The notes: generated by a model not told the origin, from the letters alone. A stretch of DNA of 64,000 nt from Eubacteriales bacterium (GCA_028685755.1 JAQUDJ010000007.1:8680-72679); one strand, 5' to 3'; positions 1 through 9,721 are shown, counted from the first letter of the stretch. Numbers and translations are program-made.

Positions 1-1185
1 TTCGCGGTTTCATCGATGGGCTTCCTGCTAGTCGGTTGGGGTCTGATGTTCGGCGACGGCAATCCGTTTATCGGTCTGCAAGGCATTTTCATGGCTTCTG
101 GCGCAGATAACTCACCAGCCGTCGGCGATGCTTACCAGGGTGTCTATAGCTCAATTGCTTGGGCAGGCGTTCCTTTCTGGGCAAAGTTCTTCTTCCAGCT
201 CGTTTTTGCTGGCACAGCTGCTACCATCGTTTCCGGTGCTGTCGCTGAACGTATCAAATACCTTTCCTTCATCGTCTTCTCCTTTGTCCTGACCATGTTC
301 ATCTACCCGGTCGTTGGCCACTGGATCTGGGGCGCTGGCGTTCTCGCCACTTTAGGTTTCTGGGACTTTGCTGGTTCAACCGTTGTTCACTCCGTCGGTG
401 GCTGGGCCGCCCTCGCAGGAATCATTGTGCTTGGCCCTCGCTTTGGCAAATACGGACCTGGTAAAAAAATCAATGCCATTCCGGGTCATAGCTTACCTCT
501 CGCAACCATTGGTGCATTTGTTCTCTGGCTTGGCTGGTTCGGATTCAATCCGGGTTCAACCATGGCTGCTGATCCTTATGCCATCTCCCATATCCTAATG
601 ACCACCAACACAGCTGGTGTCATGGGTATTCTGACCTCAACGATTACAGCATGGCTCTTGATGGGTAAACCTGATTTGGGCATGAGCATCAACGGTCTGT
701 TGGCTGGCCTCGTCGCTATTACAGCCGGCGCAGCATTCGTCAGTGTTGGCAGTTCCATCATTATCGGCGGGATTGCCGGTGTCATCGTTGTCTTGGCCGT
801 CATGTTCTTTGACCGTGTGCATCTGGATGACCCGGTCGGTGCGCTCTCTGTCCATCTCGTCAACGGCGTTTTCGGAACACTGGCAGTCGGTTTGTTCGCT
901 CAAGATTCAATCACTGGTGTTGCAACCGGTAGCGGTCTCTTCATGGGCGGCGGCATGACCCTCTTAACCGCACAGGTCATTGGGGTCCTCGCCACAGCAG
1001 CCTTTGTCCTCCCCGTTTCACTACTCGCTTGGTATCTGATCAAAGTCACGATGGGCATCCGTGTTGGACTTAAAGAAGAAATCCAAGGTTTAGACATTGG
1101 TGAGCATGGCAACGTCGCTTATCCGGAATTTGTAATCCATCGTCAGTCATACCACAATCACGCTCGTAACGAAGAAAAGTCATAA
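1..1185 (+). CDS. amt: Ammonium transporter, Amt family (5' end cut by window edge)
   Basis: The listed ORF 16..1185 stays open in frame back to nt 1. It is a polytopic membrane protein with Amt-type motifs (FAGSTVVHSVGGW, WLGWFGFNPGS). A PII gene follows 12 nt downstream, the canonical amt-glnK pairing. Confidence 0.9.
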   Translation, partial: FAVSSMGFLLVGWGLMFGDGNPFIGLQGIFMASGADNSPAVGDAYQGVYSSIAWAGVPFWAKFFFQLVFAGTAATIVSGAVAERIKYLSFIVFSFVLTMFIYPVVGHWIWGAGVLATLGFWDFAGSTVVHSVGGWAALAGIIVLGPRFGKYGPGKKINAIPGHSLPLATIGAFVLWLGWFGFNPGSTMAADPYAISHILMTTNTAGVMGILTSTITAWLLMGKPDLGMSINGLLAGLVAITAGAAFVSVGSSIIIGGIAGVIVVLAVMFFDRVHLDDPVGALSVHLVNGVFGTLAVGLFAQDSITGVATGSGLFMGGGMTLLTAQVIGVLATAAFVLPVSLLAWYLIKVTMGIRVGLKEEIQGLDIGEHGNVAYPEFVIHRQSYHNHARNEEKS

Positions 1186-1197
1186 GGAGGTCGCCCG

Positions 1198-1539
1198 ATG
1201 AAACATATTAAGGCAGTTATTCGACCCGAAAAACTCAACGATGTCCGCGATGCTTTAGAAAAAGCCGGCATCCACCGTGGCATTATGATCACCGATATCG
1301 TCGGCAGCGGCATCCAAAAAGGTATTGAACAGATCTGGCGCGGTGAACGTTACACACTCGATCTGATTCCCAAAGTCATGATGGACATGGTCGTTAAAGA
1401 TTCTGACGTCGTAATCATCAAAAAAGTCTTACTTGAAACCGCCCCAATTGGTGAATTCGGTGATGGTAAAATCTTCATCTACCCGGTAGAGGAAGTTATC
1501 CGCATCCGAACCGGTGAAGAAGGCGAAGCCGCATTATAA
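1198..1539 (+). CDS. glnK: Nitrogen regulatory protein PII (GlnK/GlnB family)
   Basis: 113 aa, with an MKxIxAVIRPEKL start and a C-terminal GDGKIFIYPV motif typical of PII. GGAGG ribosome-binding site 7 nt upstream. Adjacent to amt. Confidence 0.9.
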   Translation: MKHIKAVIRPEKLNDVRDALEKAGIHRGIMITDIVGSGIQKGIEQIWRGERYTLDLIPKVMMDMVVKDSDVVIIKKVLLETAPIGEFGDGKIFIYPVEEVIRIRTGEEGEAAL

Positions 1540-1575
1540 TTTCAATCCAATTAACATCACAAAAATAAACACCAC

Positions 1576-1617
1576 AAAAAAGCGGGGCTGACCAGTGATG
1601 GAAAGTCCCGCTTTTTG
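1576..1617. terminator. Rho-independent terminator between convergent glnK and thiamine-transporter genes
   Basis: AGCGGG (1581-1586) pairs with CCCGCT (1607-1612). An A-run lies 5' and TTTTT lies 3', so it can work in both directions. Confidence 0.55.
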
Positions 1618-1669
1618 ATTGTGGGTGGCACACCCGCAATGCTATAGATGCAAAATACAAAATGGGCGA

Positions 1670-2185
1670 TCAGCGTTGAATGTTATTCGCCTTGACGATT
1701 CGCTCGGCAACAGGGAGTAATGCCAGACCAATCACGAGGCAAACGCCACCTTGAATCAAGTTGAATGTTAAATCAAACAGGGCTGTTGCAAATCCGAGCA
1801 TAAAAATTTCAAAAACAAAATAGCCACCAGCCATGACAAGTTCTGCTATTGCGAAACCAAAGATCTTGAGCCAAAGTGGTGCGGTCGCTTTGCGCAAAAA
1901 CAAAACCGCGATCCAGGCAACTAGTCCTTTGATGATCAGCGTTGCTGGAGCATATTGAATATAACCAGCCCAAAGATCAGCCATCGCCGAACCGAGTGCC
2001 GCCGGAATGATTGCTGTTGGGCCAAGGACCGCTGCGGCAAACAAGATCGTTGCATCACCGAGATTGATGTAACCTTGGCCATTGAGGATTGGCATCGCAC
2101 TAAAGCGCGTGACAACAAGAATTAGAGCAGCGAGTACGCCACCGTAGGCGACGAGTCGTGTGGTTTGTGATTGTGTTTGATTCAT
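1670..2185 (-). CDS. ECF-transporter S-component-like membrane protein (thiamine-precursor type, ThiW/HmpT-like guess)
   Basis: About 170-aa hydrophobic protein with 5-6 predicted TM helices. It starts 4 nt after the thiT stop and has no other promoter, so it sits under the same TPP riboswitch. The start was moved to the Met at 2185 (MNQTQ...). The upstream part of the ORF overlaps thiT. Confidence 0.5.
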   Translation of the reverse strand: MNQTQSQTTRLVAYGGVLAALILVVTRFSAMPILNGQGYINLGDATILFAAAVLGPTAIIPAALGSAMADLWAGYIQYAPATLIIKGLVAWIAVLFLRKATAPLWLKIFGFAIAELVMAGGYFVFEIFMLGFATALFDLTFNLIQGGVCLVIGLALLPVAERIVKANNIQR

Positions 2186-2189
2186 TTTT

Positions 2190-2795
2190 TTAACCTTTCT
2201 TGCGGAAGACAACCGCTAAGGGAACAAGCACGATCAACGTGATGATTGCTTCCGGAATCATGTATGACAAATTATACGTTAAAGAGTAAATCCAGGGATT
2301 CTGTCCGGCTTCTGCAGCATATGATCCATAGAATACAACGCCAGAAATGACGTGTGCAAGGGTGCGTCCAGCCATGCCAACCACGACCGCGAGCAAGATA
2401 TTTGTCCAGCGAATCGCGCTCAGCCGATGCAACAAATTACGCTCCGCCATTCGTTCTTGTATTGGGCGCGCCATAAATCCCGCCAAACCTAAAAGGCCAA
2501 AAGCTAGCGGATAGTCTAAAACAACCGAAGCCCAATGGGCGGCATATGGCTGGATGATGAATTGCAGCAAACCGTAAACGGCTCCGATTCCCATACCCCA
2601 AGCTGGTCCGAGCGCGAGAGCCACAAACAGAATGGGCAACATCGAAGCTGCGGTCACTGAGCCGCCTTGAGGCATTTCAAAGACACGGATCAGGGAAAGT
2701 ACTGAGGACAAGGCGATTGCCATGCCTCCGGCGGCTGTTGCGAGAATTGATTCGCGCATTTGGGTCGTAGTCTGCTGATTGGTGTGTGTTGTCAT
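2190..2795 (-). CDS. thiT: Thiamine transporter ThiT/YuaJ family (ECF S component)
   Basis: 201-aa membrane protein with the YuaJ/ThiT-like pattern (GGSVT..SMLPILFVALALGP..G...G..YGLLQF....H...VVLDYPLAFG.LGLAG). A TPP riboswitch lies directly upstream. Confidence 0.7.
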   Translation of the reverse strand: MTTHTNQQTTTQMRESILATAAGGMAIALSSVLSLIRVFEMPQGGSVTAASMLPILFVALALGPAWGMGIGAVYGLLQFIIQPYAAHWASVVLDYPLAFGLLGLAGFMARPIQERMAERNLLHRLSAIRWTNILLAVVVGMAGRTLAHVISGVVFYGSYAAEAGQNPWIYSLTYNLSYMIPEAIITLIVLVPLAVVFRKKG

Positions 2796-2813
2796 CTGTT
2801 CCTCCTTGATGTT

Positions 2814-2953
2814 AAAAAACCTTCCGCTGGCGGTGACGCTGGCGGAAGGTCTAAAACCTCAGGCTATCGTCCCTCCGCCGGCATTATCCGGTTCAGGTTA
2901 TAGGGTCGGCATCCATAGATACCCTCTCAGCCAGCTTTGGTGCTAGCTCCCCT
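2814..2953 (-). promoter_or_regulatory. TPP (THI-box) riboswitch with intrinsic terminator expression platform
   Basis: The minus strand reads GGGGAGCTAGCACCAAAGCTGGCTGAGAGGGT...GACCCTATAACCTGAACCGGATAATGCCGGCGGAGGGA, carrying the conserved CTGAGA and ACCTGA-CCGGATAATGCCGGCG cores. A hairpin follows, CCTTCCGC...GCGGAAGG plus TTTTTT (2814-2851), just before the thiT ribosome-binding site. Confidence 0.85.
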
Positions 2954-2966
2954 CGTTTGTGGCTTG

Positions 2967-2995
2967 AGTATAAGCGTCGTGTTTTAAAATGTAAA
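2967..2995 (-). promoter_or_regulatory. Sigma-A type promoter for the riboswitch-thiT operon
   Basis: Minus strand: TTTACA (2995-2990), 17-nt spacer, TATACT (2972-2967). It lies about 14 nt upstream of the riboswitch P1 region. Confidence 0.45.
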
Positions 2996-3023
2996 GCGTG
3001 TTTTATGACATCTACGACAACAT

Positions 3024-4262
3024 TTACGATAACATCAGGGCTTCAATTTCGTCGGCTTCCCGTGGGATTCCTGCAGAGAGCAAACGGCAGCCCTCGTCCG
3101 TGACGACAACATCGTCTTCTAAACGCATGCCAAAGCCCCATTCTGGTATGTAAATCCCTGGTTCAACAGTCAAAACCATCCCTGGTTTAAGCAGCGATTC
3201 TTTGTTGCTGACATCATGAACATCTAAGCCCATATGATGTGAAACACCATGCCAGAAATATTCTTTAACTGGTTGATCGGTTTGCAACAATCCCTGTGCG
3301 AGCAGACCTTCGCGCGCTGTCGCCTGGCAGGCATCGTTAATTTCTGCGATGCGGATCCCCGGTTTAATTGTGGCAAAGGCGGTTTCTTGACATGCGCGGA
3401 CGAGGTCGTAGATGGCCCGTTGTTGCGGCGAAAAGCGGCCATTCGCTGGTAATGCTCGCGAAATATCCGCGCATAAACCACCTACAACAGCTCCGACATC
3501 GAGCTGGACCAAATCGCCGTCTGCAATGCGCTCCATTGGGGTCATATAATGAAGGCAGAGTGCGTTTTTACCCGATGCAACAATCGATTCAAAGGCTGGC
3601 TCGAGGCAACCGGCTTGACTCAAGGTGTATTGAAATTCACTCCAGAGATGATATTCAAAGGCACCCGGACGACAAGCTTTCATCATCGCCAAGATCCCTT
3701 CCCCTGTGAGATTGGCCGCCTCACGAATCAAGTCTAATTCTTCAGGTTGTTTGATCATACGCAATTGAGTCATAAGCGGGGATACATCCACCGTGACAAA
3801 TGAAGCATATTTGTCTGATAATAGTTTTTTTAGCGCTTTGGCTTGTGGGTTATCAGCCGAAGTATCAAGCCAGAGTTTCGTCGTTCGCGAAGCGACCCAA
3901 TCTGCCAATTGACCTTCGAAGCCTTCAATATATAAGACATCAGTCAAGCCAGATTGCTCCATAGCTTCTTGACGGGTGACCCGTCGGCCATTCCAGCGTT
4001 CATGCATGGCGTCAATGCCCGGAATGAATAGCGTACTTTTAGTCACGCCAAATTCGCGGAACATCACGAGCAAACTGCCCTCCTGCTCAATCCCTGTCAA
4101 ATAAAAAAAGTTGCGATTAGCTAAATACCGGTAATGGGCGTCACTCGAACGAACTGGCGGAGATCCTGAAGCTAGAATCACCAACGATCCATCTGTGAGC
4201 AAGGCCCCCAAGGCTTGGCGATTTTTTTGAAAATAGGCAGTTGATAATTTATGTTTTTTCAT
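3024..4262 (-). CDS. Xaa-Pro aminopeptidase / M24B family metallopeptidase
   Basis: 412 aa with a creatinase-like N-domain plus a pita-bread C-domain. The metal-ligand pattern is present (DVGAVVGGLCADISR, HGVSHHMGLDVHD, VEPGIY, EDDVVVT). Confidence 0.85.
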   Translation of the reverse strand: MKKHKLSTAYFQKNRQALGALLTDGSLVILASGSPPVRSSDAHYRYLANRNFFYLTGIEQEGSLLVMFREFGVTKSTLFIPGIDAMHERWNGRRVTRQEAMEQSGLTDVLYIEGFEGQLADWVASRTTKLWLDTSADNPQAKALKKLLSDKYASFVTVDVSPLMTQLRMIKQPEELDLIREAANLTGEGILAMMKACRPGAFEYHLWSEFQYTLSQAGCLEPAFESIVASGKNALCLHYMTPMERIADGDLVQLDVGAVVGGLCADISRALPANGRFSPQQRAIYDLVRACQETAFATIKPGIRIAEINDACQATAREGLLAQGLLQTDQPVKEYFWHGVSHHMGLDVHDVSNKESLLKPGMVLTVEPGIYIPEWGFGMRLEDDVVVTDEGCRLLSAGIPREADEIEALMLS

Positions 4263-4269
4263 AATTTCT

Positions 4270-4278
4270 ATTGTAACA
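4270..4278 (-). promoter_or_regulatory. Extended -10 promoter (TGtTACAAT) placed for a leaderless aminopeptidase mRNA
   Basis: The minus strand reads cTGTTACAATagaaattATG. Only 7 nt separate the -10 from the ATG at 4262, and there is no Shine-Dalgarno sequence. Confidence 0.35.
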
Positions 4279-4345
4279 GATAAGGGCCAAATCCAGTCTC
4301 TGGATCTGACCCTTTAAACATATTTTCTTAATTATACCGTATCAT

Positions 4346-6133
4346 TCACTCGCTGAAACTGCCGATTTTGCGGAATTTTTGATAGCGGTTATCGAGGCGT
4401 GAGCTAGCTGGCACTTTGAGTTGGCGTGCCAAAGCTGCCTTGAGATAGGTCTGTAGATTTTCGGCCATTTCTGAAAGATTCGTGTGAGCACCTGCACCTG
4501 GTTCTGCAATTGTATAATCACAGATGCCTAGTCGGGTCAGATCTTCAGCAGTAATCTTGATCGAATCCGCGGCTTCACGTTCGCGGGTATGGTCTTTCCA
4601 GAGCAATGAGGCGAAACCACGTGGTGAAATGACCGAATATAGGGCATTGGAGAGCATCGCAAGTTCATCGCCAACGCCGATTGCCAAGGCCCCGCCGCTA
4701 CCGCCTTCGCCCATGACCACACAAAGGATCGGGACATTCAAGCCAGCCATTTCGAGCAAATTGCGGGCGATCGCCTCACCTTGGCCGCGTTCTTCAGCTC
4801 CGACTCCGCAGTATGCACCGGAGGTGTCAATCATGCAGATGATCGGGCGATTGAACTTCTCAGCTTGCTTCATCAGGCGCAGTGCTTTGCGATAGCCTTC
4901 GGGATGCGGCATTCCAAAATTAGCTTTAGTGTTTTCTTCAATTTTGCGACCCTTGCGATGCGCGATTAGGGTCACAGGTTGGCCAGATAAGCTGGCTAAT
5001 CCGCAATAGAGAGCGGCGTCATCCGCAAAACCCCGATCGCCGTGGAGTTCGATCGCTAAGTCAAAAACAAGCGGGAGATAATCCGTGATCACCGGACGTT
5101 GGCGTTGACGAATAATGTCAAGACGAGCCGAACCACTGAGTGTATTGATTGCTACTGCTGCAGTTGCAGATTCCATAGCCACGCGCGCATTATCGAGGAT
5201 TTCAAAAGAACCCTCTGCGGCAGTAGGATGATGGATGGCCAAAAGCGTCGCTAACGTTTCCTTGAGCTGATTGCGCGGCACGATGAGGTCCAAAAAGCCG
5301 TGTTCGAGTAAAAACTCAGCACGTTGGAAATCATCCGGCAACGCTTCGGCGATGGTGCCTTCGATAACACGGCGCCCGGCGAAGCCAATCAGGGTTCCCG
5401 GCTCCGAAATAATAATGTCACCAAGGCTAGCAAAACTAGCTGTAACCCCGCCGGTCGTCGGATCGGTCATAATCGAGATGTAGAGGCCACCGGCGTTTTG
5501 AAAGCGTCCGACAGCGGCTGAGGTTTTAGCCATTTGCATCAGGGAGACAATCCCTTCTTGCATGCGCGCACCACCTGACACCGAAAATGTCAGAACTGGG
5601 AGTTTCAAGGCCATGCCCTTTTCAAAAACGCGTGTGATTTTTTCACCGACCACGGAGCCCATTGAGCCCATCATGAAGCGATTGTCCATGATCGCCACGA
5701 GACATTCCTGACCGTGAATTTTGCCACGGCCGGTGACGACGGCATCCTTTAAACCGGTTTGTTGCTGAAGCTGCTTGAGTTTTTCGGGATAGCCTTTAAA
5801 CTCAATCGGGTTCAGACTCGTCATGTTGGCATCGAATTCTTCAAAACTACCTTCGTCGACTATCTGGGCCAATCGTTGACGACTGTCAAGTCGGTAGTGA
5901 TGGCCGCAGACATGACAGACTTGAAGATTCTTTTCAAAAGCTTCGCGAAACATAACGCCTTCGCAGGTCGGGCATTTGATCCATAAATCATCTGGAACGG
6001 GCTTAGTGTATGCATAGGCTTTGGCTGTGACTGCGTCAACGGGGACCTCGCCACGTGCAGCGCGCTGTGCCTGTTGGTGCAACGTATCAGCTGCGAGTCG
6101 GTCGCGCATTTGTTTTAAGACATCGACACCCAT
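4346..6133 (-). CDS. accD-accA: Acetyl-CoA carboxylase carboxyltransferase, fused beta (AccD) and alpha (AccA) subunits
   Basis: 595 aa. The N-terminal half has the AccD Zn-ribbon (CPTCEG...CHVCGHH) and GGARMQEG. The C-terminal half has AccA motifs (HGDRGFADD, FGMPHPEGYRKALRLM, IDTSGAY.G..AEERGQGEAIA). It is one uninterrupted ORF. Confidence 0.9.
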   Translation of the reverse strand: MGVDVLKQMRDRLAADTLHQQAQRAARGEVPVDAVTAKAYAYTKPVPDDLWIKCPTCEGVMFREAFEKNLQVCHVCGHHYRLDSRQRLAQIVDEGSFEEFDANMTSLNPIEFKGYPEKLKQLQQQTGLKDAVVTGRGKIHGQECLVAIMDNRFMMGSMGSVVGEKITRVFEKGMALKLPVLTFSVSGGARMQEGIVSLMQMAKTSAAVGRFQNAGGLYISIMTDPTTGGVTASFASLGDIIISEPGTLIGFAGRRVIEGTIAEALPDDFQRAEFLLEHGFLDLIVPRNQLKETLATLLAIHHPTAAEGSFEILDNARVAMESATAAVAINTLSGSARLDIIRQRQRPVITDYLPLVFDLAIELHGDRGFADDAALYCGLASLSGQPVTLIAHRKGRKIEENTKANFGMPHPEGYRKALRLMKQAEKFNRPIICMIDTSGAYCGVGAEERGQGEAIARNLLEMAGLNVPILCVVMGEGGSGGALAIGVGDELAMLSNALYSVISPRGFASLLWKDHTREREAADSIKITAEDLTRLGICDYTIAEPGAGAHTNLSEMAENLQTYLKAALARQLKVPASSRLDNRYQKFRKIGSFSE

Positions 6134-6136
6134 GGT

Positions 6137-7516
6137 TTAGGCCTCCTGATGATAGCGGTTCATTTCACCGAGCAGGGTATCGGCTTTTAAGCCAAGGTAA
6201 CCGATATTGTAATTTCCTTCAATGAAATCTGGATCGCGCAAGATTGCCAAGTGAAAATCGATATTGGTTTCGACGCCCTGGATCAGAAATTCCATCAAGG
6301 CCCGCCGCATGCGGGCAATTGCTTCAGGGCGAGTCGGGGCATATACGATCAGCTTTGCGAGTAGCGAATCATAATAGGGGGGAATCGAATAACCTTGGTA
6401 AATGGCACTATCAACGCGAATCCCTGGGCCACCCGGCATATGTAGACTATTGATCGTCCCAGGACTGGGGCGGAAATTATGGTGCGGGTCTTCTGCATTG
6501 ATCCGGCATTCAATGGAGTGTCCCTTAAAATGAATATCGGCTTGCGTCAAGGTCAGCACCTCGCCAGCCGCTGAGCGGATCTGTTCCTGAATCAAATTGA
6601 CCCCGGTGACCGCTTCTGAAACTGGATGTTCGACCTGAATGCGGGTGTTCATTTCCATAAAATAGTAATTGCGATTGGCATCGACGAGAAACTCAATCGT
6701 GCCCACGCCGGTGTAATTGACATATTGGGCGAGTTTGACTGCAGCATCGCCCATGGCTTGGCGCAATTCCGGAGTTGCAAAGGGTGAATTCGCCTCTTCT
6801 AAAATTTTCTGGTTGCGGCGCTGGATCGAGCAGTCACGTTCACCGAGGTGGATGACATGGCCATGTTCATCAGCTAGTAGCTGGATCTCAATATGGCGTG
6901 GATCTTTGACAAAGCGTTCAATATAAACCCGATCATCGCCAAAACAGGCCATTGCTTCCGCTTTGGCGGTCTGAAAAGCGCTGGTGAAATCGTCTGCGGT
7001 CGGCGCTATTCGCATCCCACGGCCTCCGCCACCAGAAGATGCTTTGATCATCACTGGATAGCCGATTTCGCTGGCAGCTTTTAGCGCATCGGTCAAATTG
7101 GCAACGATGCCCTGGGTGCCCGGGATAACTGGGACACCGGCTTCTTGCGCAGTTTGACGAGCGGTCGCTTTGTCGCCCATGCGCTCGATCACAACATCCG
7201 ACGGTCCGATAAACTTGACGCCAACTTTGGCGCACATTCGCGAGAAAGCAGCATTTTCGGAAAGAAAGCCAAAGCCCGGATGAATCGCATCTGCGCCTGT
7301 AATCGTCGCAGCCGTGAGAATCGCCTGGGCATTGAGGTAACTATCTTTTGAAGCCGCTGGGCCAATGCAAATACAATCGTCCGCCAACTGGGTGTGTAAA
7401 GCCGTGCGATCAGCTTCTGAACAGACGGCAACGGTGCGAATCCCCATATCGCGGCACGCCCGAATGATCGTCACGGCAATTTCGCCACGGTTTGCAATTA
7501 GGATTTTGTTGAACAT
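6137..7516 (-). CDS. accC: Biotin carboxylase
   Basis: Classic MFNKILIANRGEIA start with a GAGGAG ribosome-binding site. It has ATP-grasp motifs and strong family identity throughout. The listed ORF extends to 7618, but those 34 extra codons overlap fabZ and lack a ribosome-binding site. Confidence 0.95.
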   Translation of the reverse strand: MFNKILIANRGEIAVTIIRACRDMGIRTVAVCSEADRTALHTQLADDCICIGPAASKDSYLNAQAILTAATITGADAIHPGFGFLSENAAFSRMCAKVGVKFIGPSDVVIERMGDKATARQTAQEAGVPVIPGTQGIVANLTDALKAASEIGYPVMIKASSGGGGRGMRIAPTADDFTSAFQTAKAEAMACFGDDRVYIERFVKDPRHIEIQLLADEHGHVIHLGERDCSIQRRNQKILEEANSPFATPELRQAMGDAAVKLAQYVNYTGVGTIEFLVDANRNYYFMEMNTRIQVEHPVSEAVTGVNLIQEQIRSAAGEVLTLTQADIHFKGHSIECRINAEDPHHNFRPSPGTINSLHMPGGPGIRVDSAIYQGYSIPPYYDSLLAKLIVYAPTRPEAIARMRRALMEFLIQGVETNIDFHLAILRDPDFIEGNYNIGYLGLKADTLLGEMNRYHQEA

Positions 7517-7529
7517 GATACTTGTCTCC

Positions 7530-7958
7530 TCAGGTGCCGACGACGCAGATGATATCTGCTGAGACGGCCAGTTCAGATCCGACATAGGCTTTGGCCGACG
7601 CAAAGCCAACGGGGCCACGCATGCGGGTTAGTGTAACTTCCAAGCGCAGTCGATCACCAGGTACGACTTGACGTTTAAATCGACAATTATCGATTCCCCC
7701 GAAAAAGGCGATTTTGCCCCGGAATGCTTCTTTGCTCAATATCTGGATGGCACCGGCTTGAGCGAGTGCTTCAACAATCAGGACACCTGGCATCACAGGG
7801 TATTCTGGGAAATGACCCCGGAAGAAATCCTCAGCGCCTGTGACATTTTTATAAGCGACAATTTTATCGCCATCTAACACTTCGACCTCATCGACAAGAA
7901 TGAAGGGATCGCGGTGTGGAATGATTTTTTTGATATCATCTTGGTTCATTAACATCAA
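7530..7958 (-). CDS. fabZ: 3-hydroxyacyl-ACP dehydratase
   Basis: 142-aa hot-dog fold protein with [12 protein letters not shown] and HFP..PVMPGVL..EA.AQ motifs. Confidence 0.95.
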   Translation of the reverse strand: MMLMNQDDIKKIIPHRDPFILVDEVEVLDGDKIVAYKNVTGAEDFFRGHFPEYPVMPGVLIVEALAQAGAIQILSKEAFRGKIAFFGGIDNCRFKRQVVPGDRLRLEVTLTRMRGPVGFASAKAYVGSELAVSADIICVVGT

Positions 7959-7960
7959 TT

Positions 7961-8461
7961 TTAGCCTCCGATGCGGAATAATGGCTGACCAAATTCAACA
8001 CGTTGGCCATTCTCGACGAGAATTTCACTGACCACGCCACTGTATGGGCTTGTGACTTCGTTCATCAGTTTCATGGCTTCAATGATGCAAAGTGGCGCGC
8101 CTGCTTCAACAAATTTGCCGACCGATGCGAATGGGTCACTGTCCGGTGACGGCGAGGCATAGAAAATGCCAACAACTGGGCTGGTTACTAGTTGACCAGG
8201 CTTTTCAGCCAGTTCTGCAGGCTCAGCAGACGGGGTGGATGCGCCTTGAGTCGCACCAACAGGCGCCGCAGCTGTGTGCGCATTAAGCTGATTGAGCATC
8301 GCCATCAAAGATGTTGCGTCCGCGCCGCCTTCGCCATGGGTCAGGAAAGTCGGTTGTTTGCGCTCGAGACGGATTTTGTCGCCTTCGACTTCCCATTCAA
8401 GATCAGTAGTACCGGTGGCAGCCATGACTTCCATCAGTTTCTTGATATCTGCGACGTTCAT
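7961..8461 (-). CDS. accB: Biotin carboxyl carrier protein
   Basis: A-P-rich linker followed by a biotinyl domain with the EAMKLMN biotinylation motif. Confidence 0.9.
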   Translation of the reverse strand: MNVADIKKLMEVMAATGTTDLEWEVEGDKIRLERKQPTFLTHGEGGADATSLMAMLNQLNAHTAAAPVGATQGASTPSAEPAELAEKPGQLVTSPVVGIFYASPSPDSDPFASVGKFVEAGAPLCIIEAMKLMNEVTSPYSGVVSEILVENGQRVEFGQPLFRIGG

Positions 8462-9721
8462 TTACTGGCCCTCCCATTTTTTGATACACAAGGTGGCATT
8501 GTGGCCACCAAAACCAAGTGAGTTGCTGAGTGTGTAACGGACTTTCGTTTTGCGGGCGACATTTGGAACGTAGTCGAGATCGCAATCCGGATCAGGTTCG
8601 CCATATCCAATTGTCGGCGGGATAATATCATCGCGCGTCGCCAAGGCGGCGACTATAGCTTCGACAGCACCTGCAGCGCCAAGTAAATGGCCAGTCATCG
8701 ACTTTGTCGAACTGATCGCTACGGTTTTGGCCGAATCGCCAAACGCTTTTTTGATGGCGATGGTTTCGTATTTATCATTGAGCGGGGTGCTCGTGCCGTG
8801 GGCATTGATATAATCGACTGCGCTCGGTTCGATTCCTGCTTCTTTCATCGCAAGTTTCATCGCCATTGCCGCGCCTTCACCTGCTGGGTCTGGGCTGGTG
8901 ATGTGGTAAGCATCGCCGGTCGCGCCATAACCGACAACCTCGGCAATGATCTGAGCGCCACGTGCTTGAGCGTTTTCTAAGGATTCTAAAATCACGATCG
9001 CGCCCCCTTCACCGATGACAAAGCCACTGCGGCGTGCATCAAAGGGTAACGAGGCTAGCTTGGGATCTGTTTCACGTGTGAGTGCCGTCATGTTATTGAA
9101 ACCAGCCATGGCAATGCGTGTGATCGGCGCTTCAGCGCCACCTGCAATGCACGCGTCGAGATAGCCGAACTTGATTGCCCGAAAAGCTTCACCAATGGCA
9201 TGGGTTCCGGTCGCGCAAGCGGTTGTGATACTGTAATTGGCACCTTTGGCCCCATACTGCATTGAAATTTTGCCGGCAGCCATGTTCGAAATCATCATCG
9301 GGATGAATAATGGTGAAATGCGTTGCGCCCCGCTGGAAAAGAGTTTGCCATATTCGGTCTCCATCGTCTCCAGGCCACCAATACCACTGCCAACAATCGT
9401 CCCGACGCGGAAGGCATCCATCGCTGAGATATCGAGCCCGCTGGTATTCATCGCTTCTTCTGCAGCGGCTAAGGCGAATTGCGTGTATTTGTCCATGCGC
9501 CGCGCTTCTTTGCGGTCCATGTATTTTAGTGGATCAAAGTTTTTAACCTGAGCACCAACCGATATTTCTTGTCCTTCAAGATTGACATTCTCGAGTGGTG
9601 CGATGCCGGACTGGCCATTGACCAGTGAATTCCAGAAACTCTCGGTGTCGTTGCCTACCGGGGTAATGACGCCTGTGCCGGTGATGACGACGCGGTGGGT
9701 TTGAACCATTGCAGTACTCAT
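8462..9721 (-). CDS. fabF: 3-oxoacyl-ACP synthase II
   Basis: 419 aa with an RVVITG start and active-site context ITTACATG, a HGTSTP..D His region and GFGGHN. Confidence 0.95.
   Translation of the reverse strand: MSTAMVQTHRVVITGTGVITPVGNDTESFWNSLVNGQSGIAPLENVNLEGQEISVGAQVKNFDPLKYMDRKEARRMDKYTQFALAAAEEAMNTSGLDISAMDAFRVGTIVGSGIGGLETMETEYGKLFSSGAQRISPLFIPMMISNMAAGKISMQYGAKGANYSITTACATGTHAIGEAFRAIKFGYLDACIAGGAEAPITRIAMAGFNNMTALTRETDPKLASLPFDARRSGFVIGEGGAIVILESLENAQARGAQIIAEVVGYGATGDAYHITSPDPAGEGAAMAMKLAMKEAGIEPSAVDYINAHGTSTPLNDKYETIAIKKAFGDSAKTVAISSTKSMTGHLLGAAGAVEAIVAALATRDDIIPPTIGYGEPDPDCDLDYVPNVARKTKVRYTLSNSLGFGGHNATLCIKKWEGQ

Noticed and set aside
7517-7618. N-terminal 34-codon extension of accC. 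Similar extensions occur at hsdM 26338-26385, dgt 62448-62546, thiW-like 2186-2212, abiEi 19721-19750 and the S-component 45692-45730.
   Set aside because: The extensions overlap the upstream gene and lack ribosome-binding sites. The conserved family N-terminus begins at an internal Met that has a good Shine-Dalgarno sequence or an ATGA/stop-start junction.
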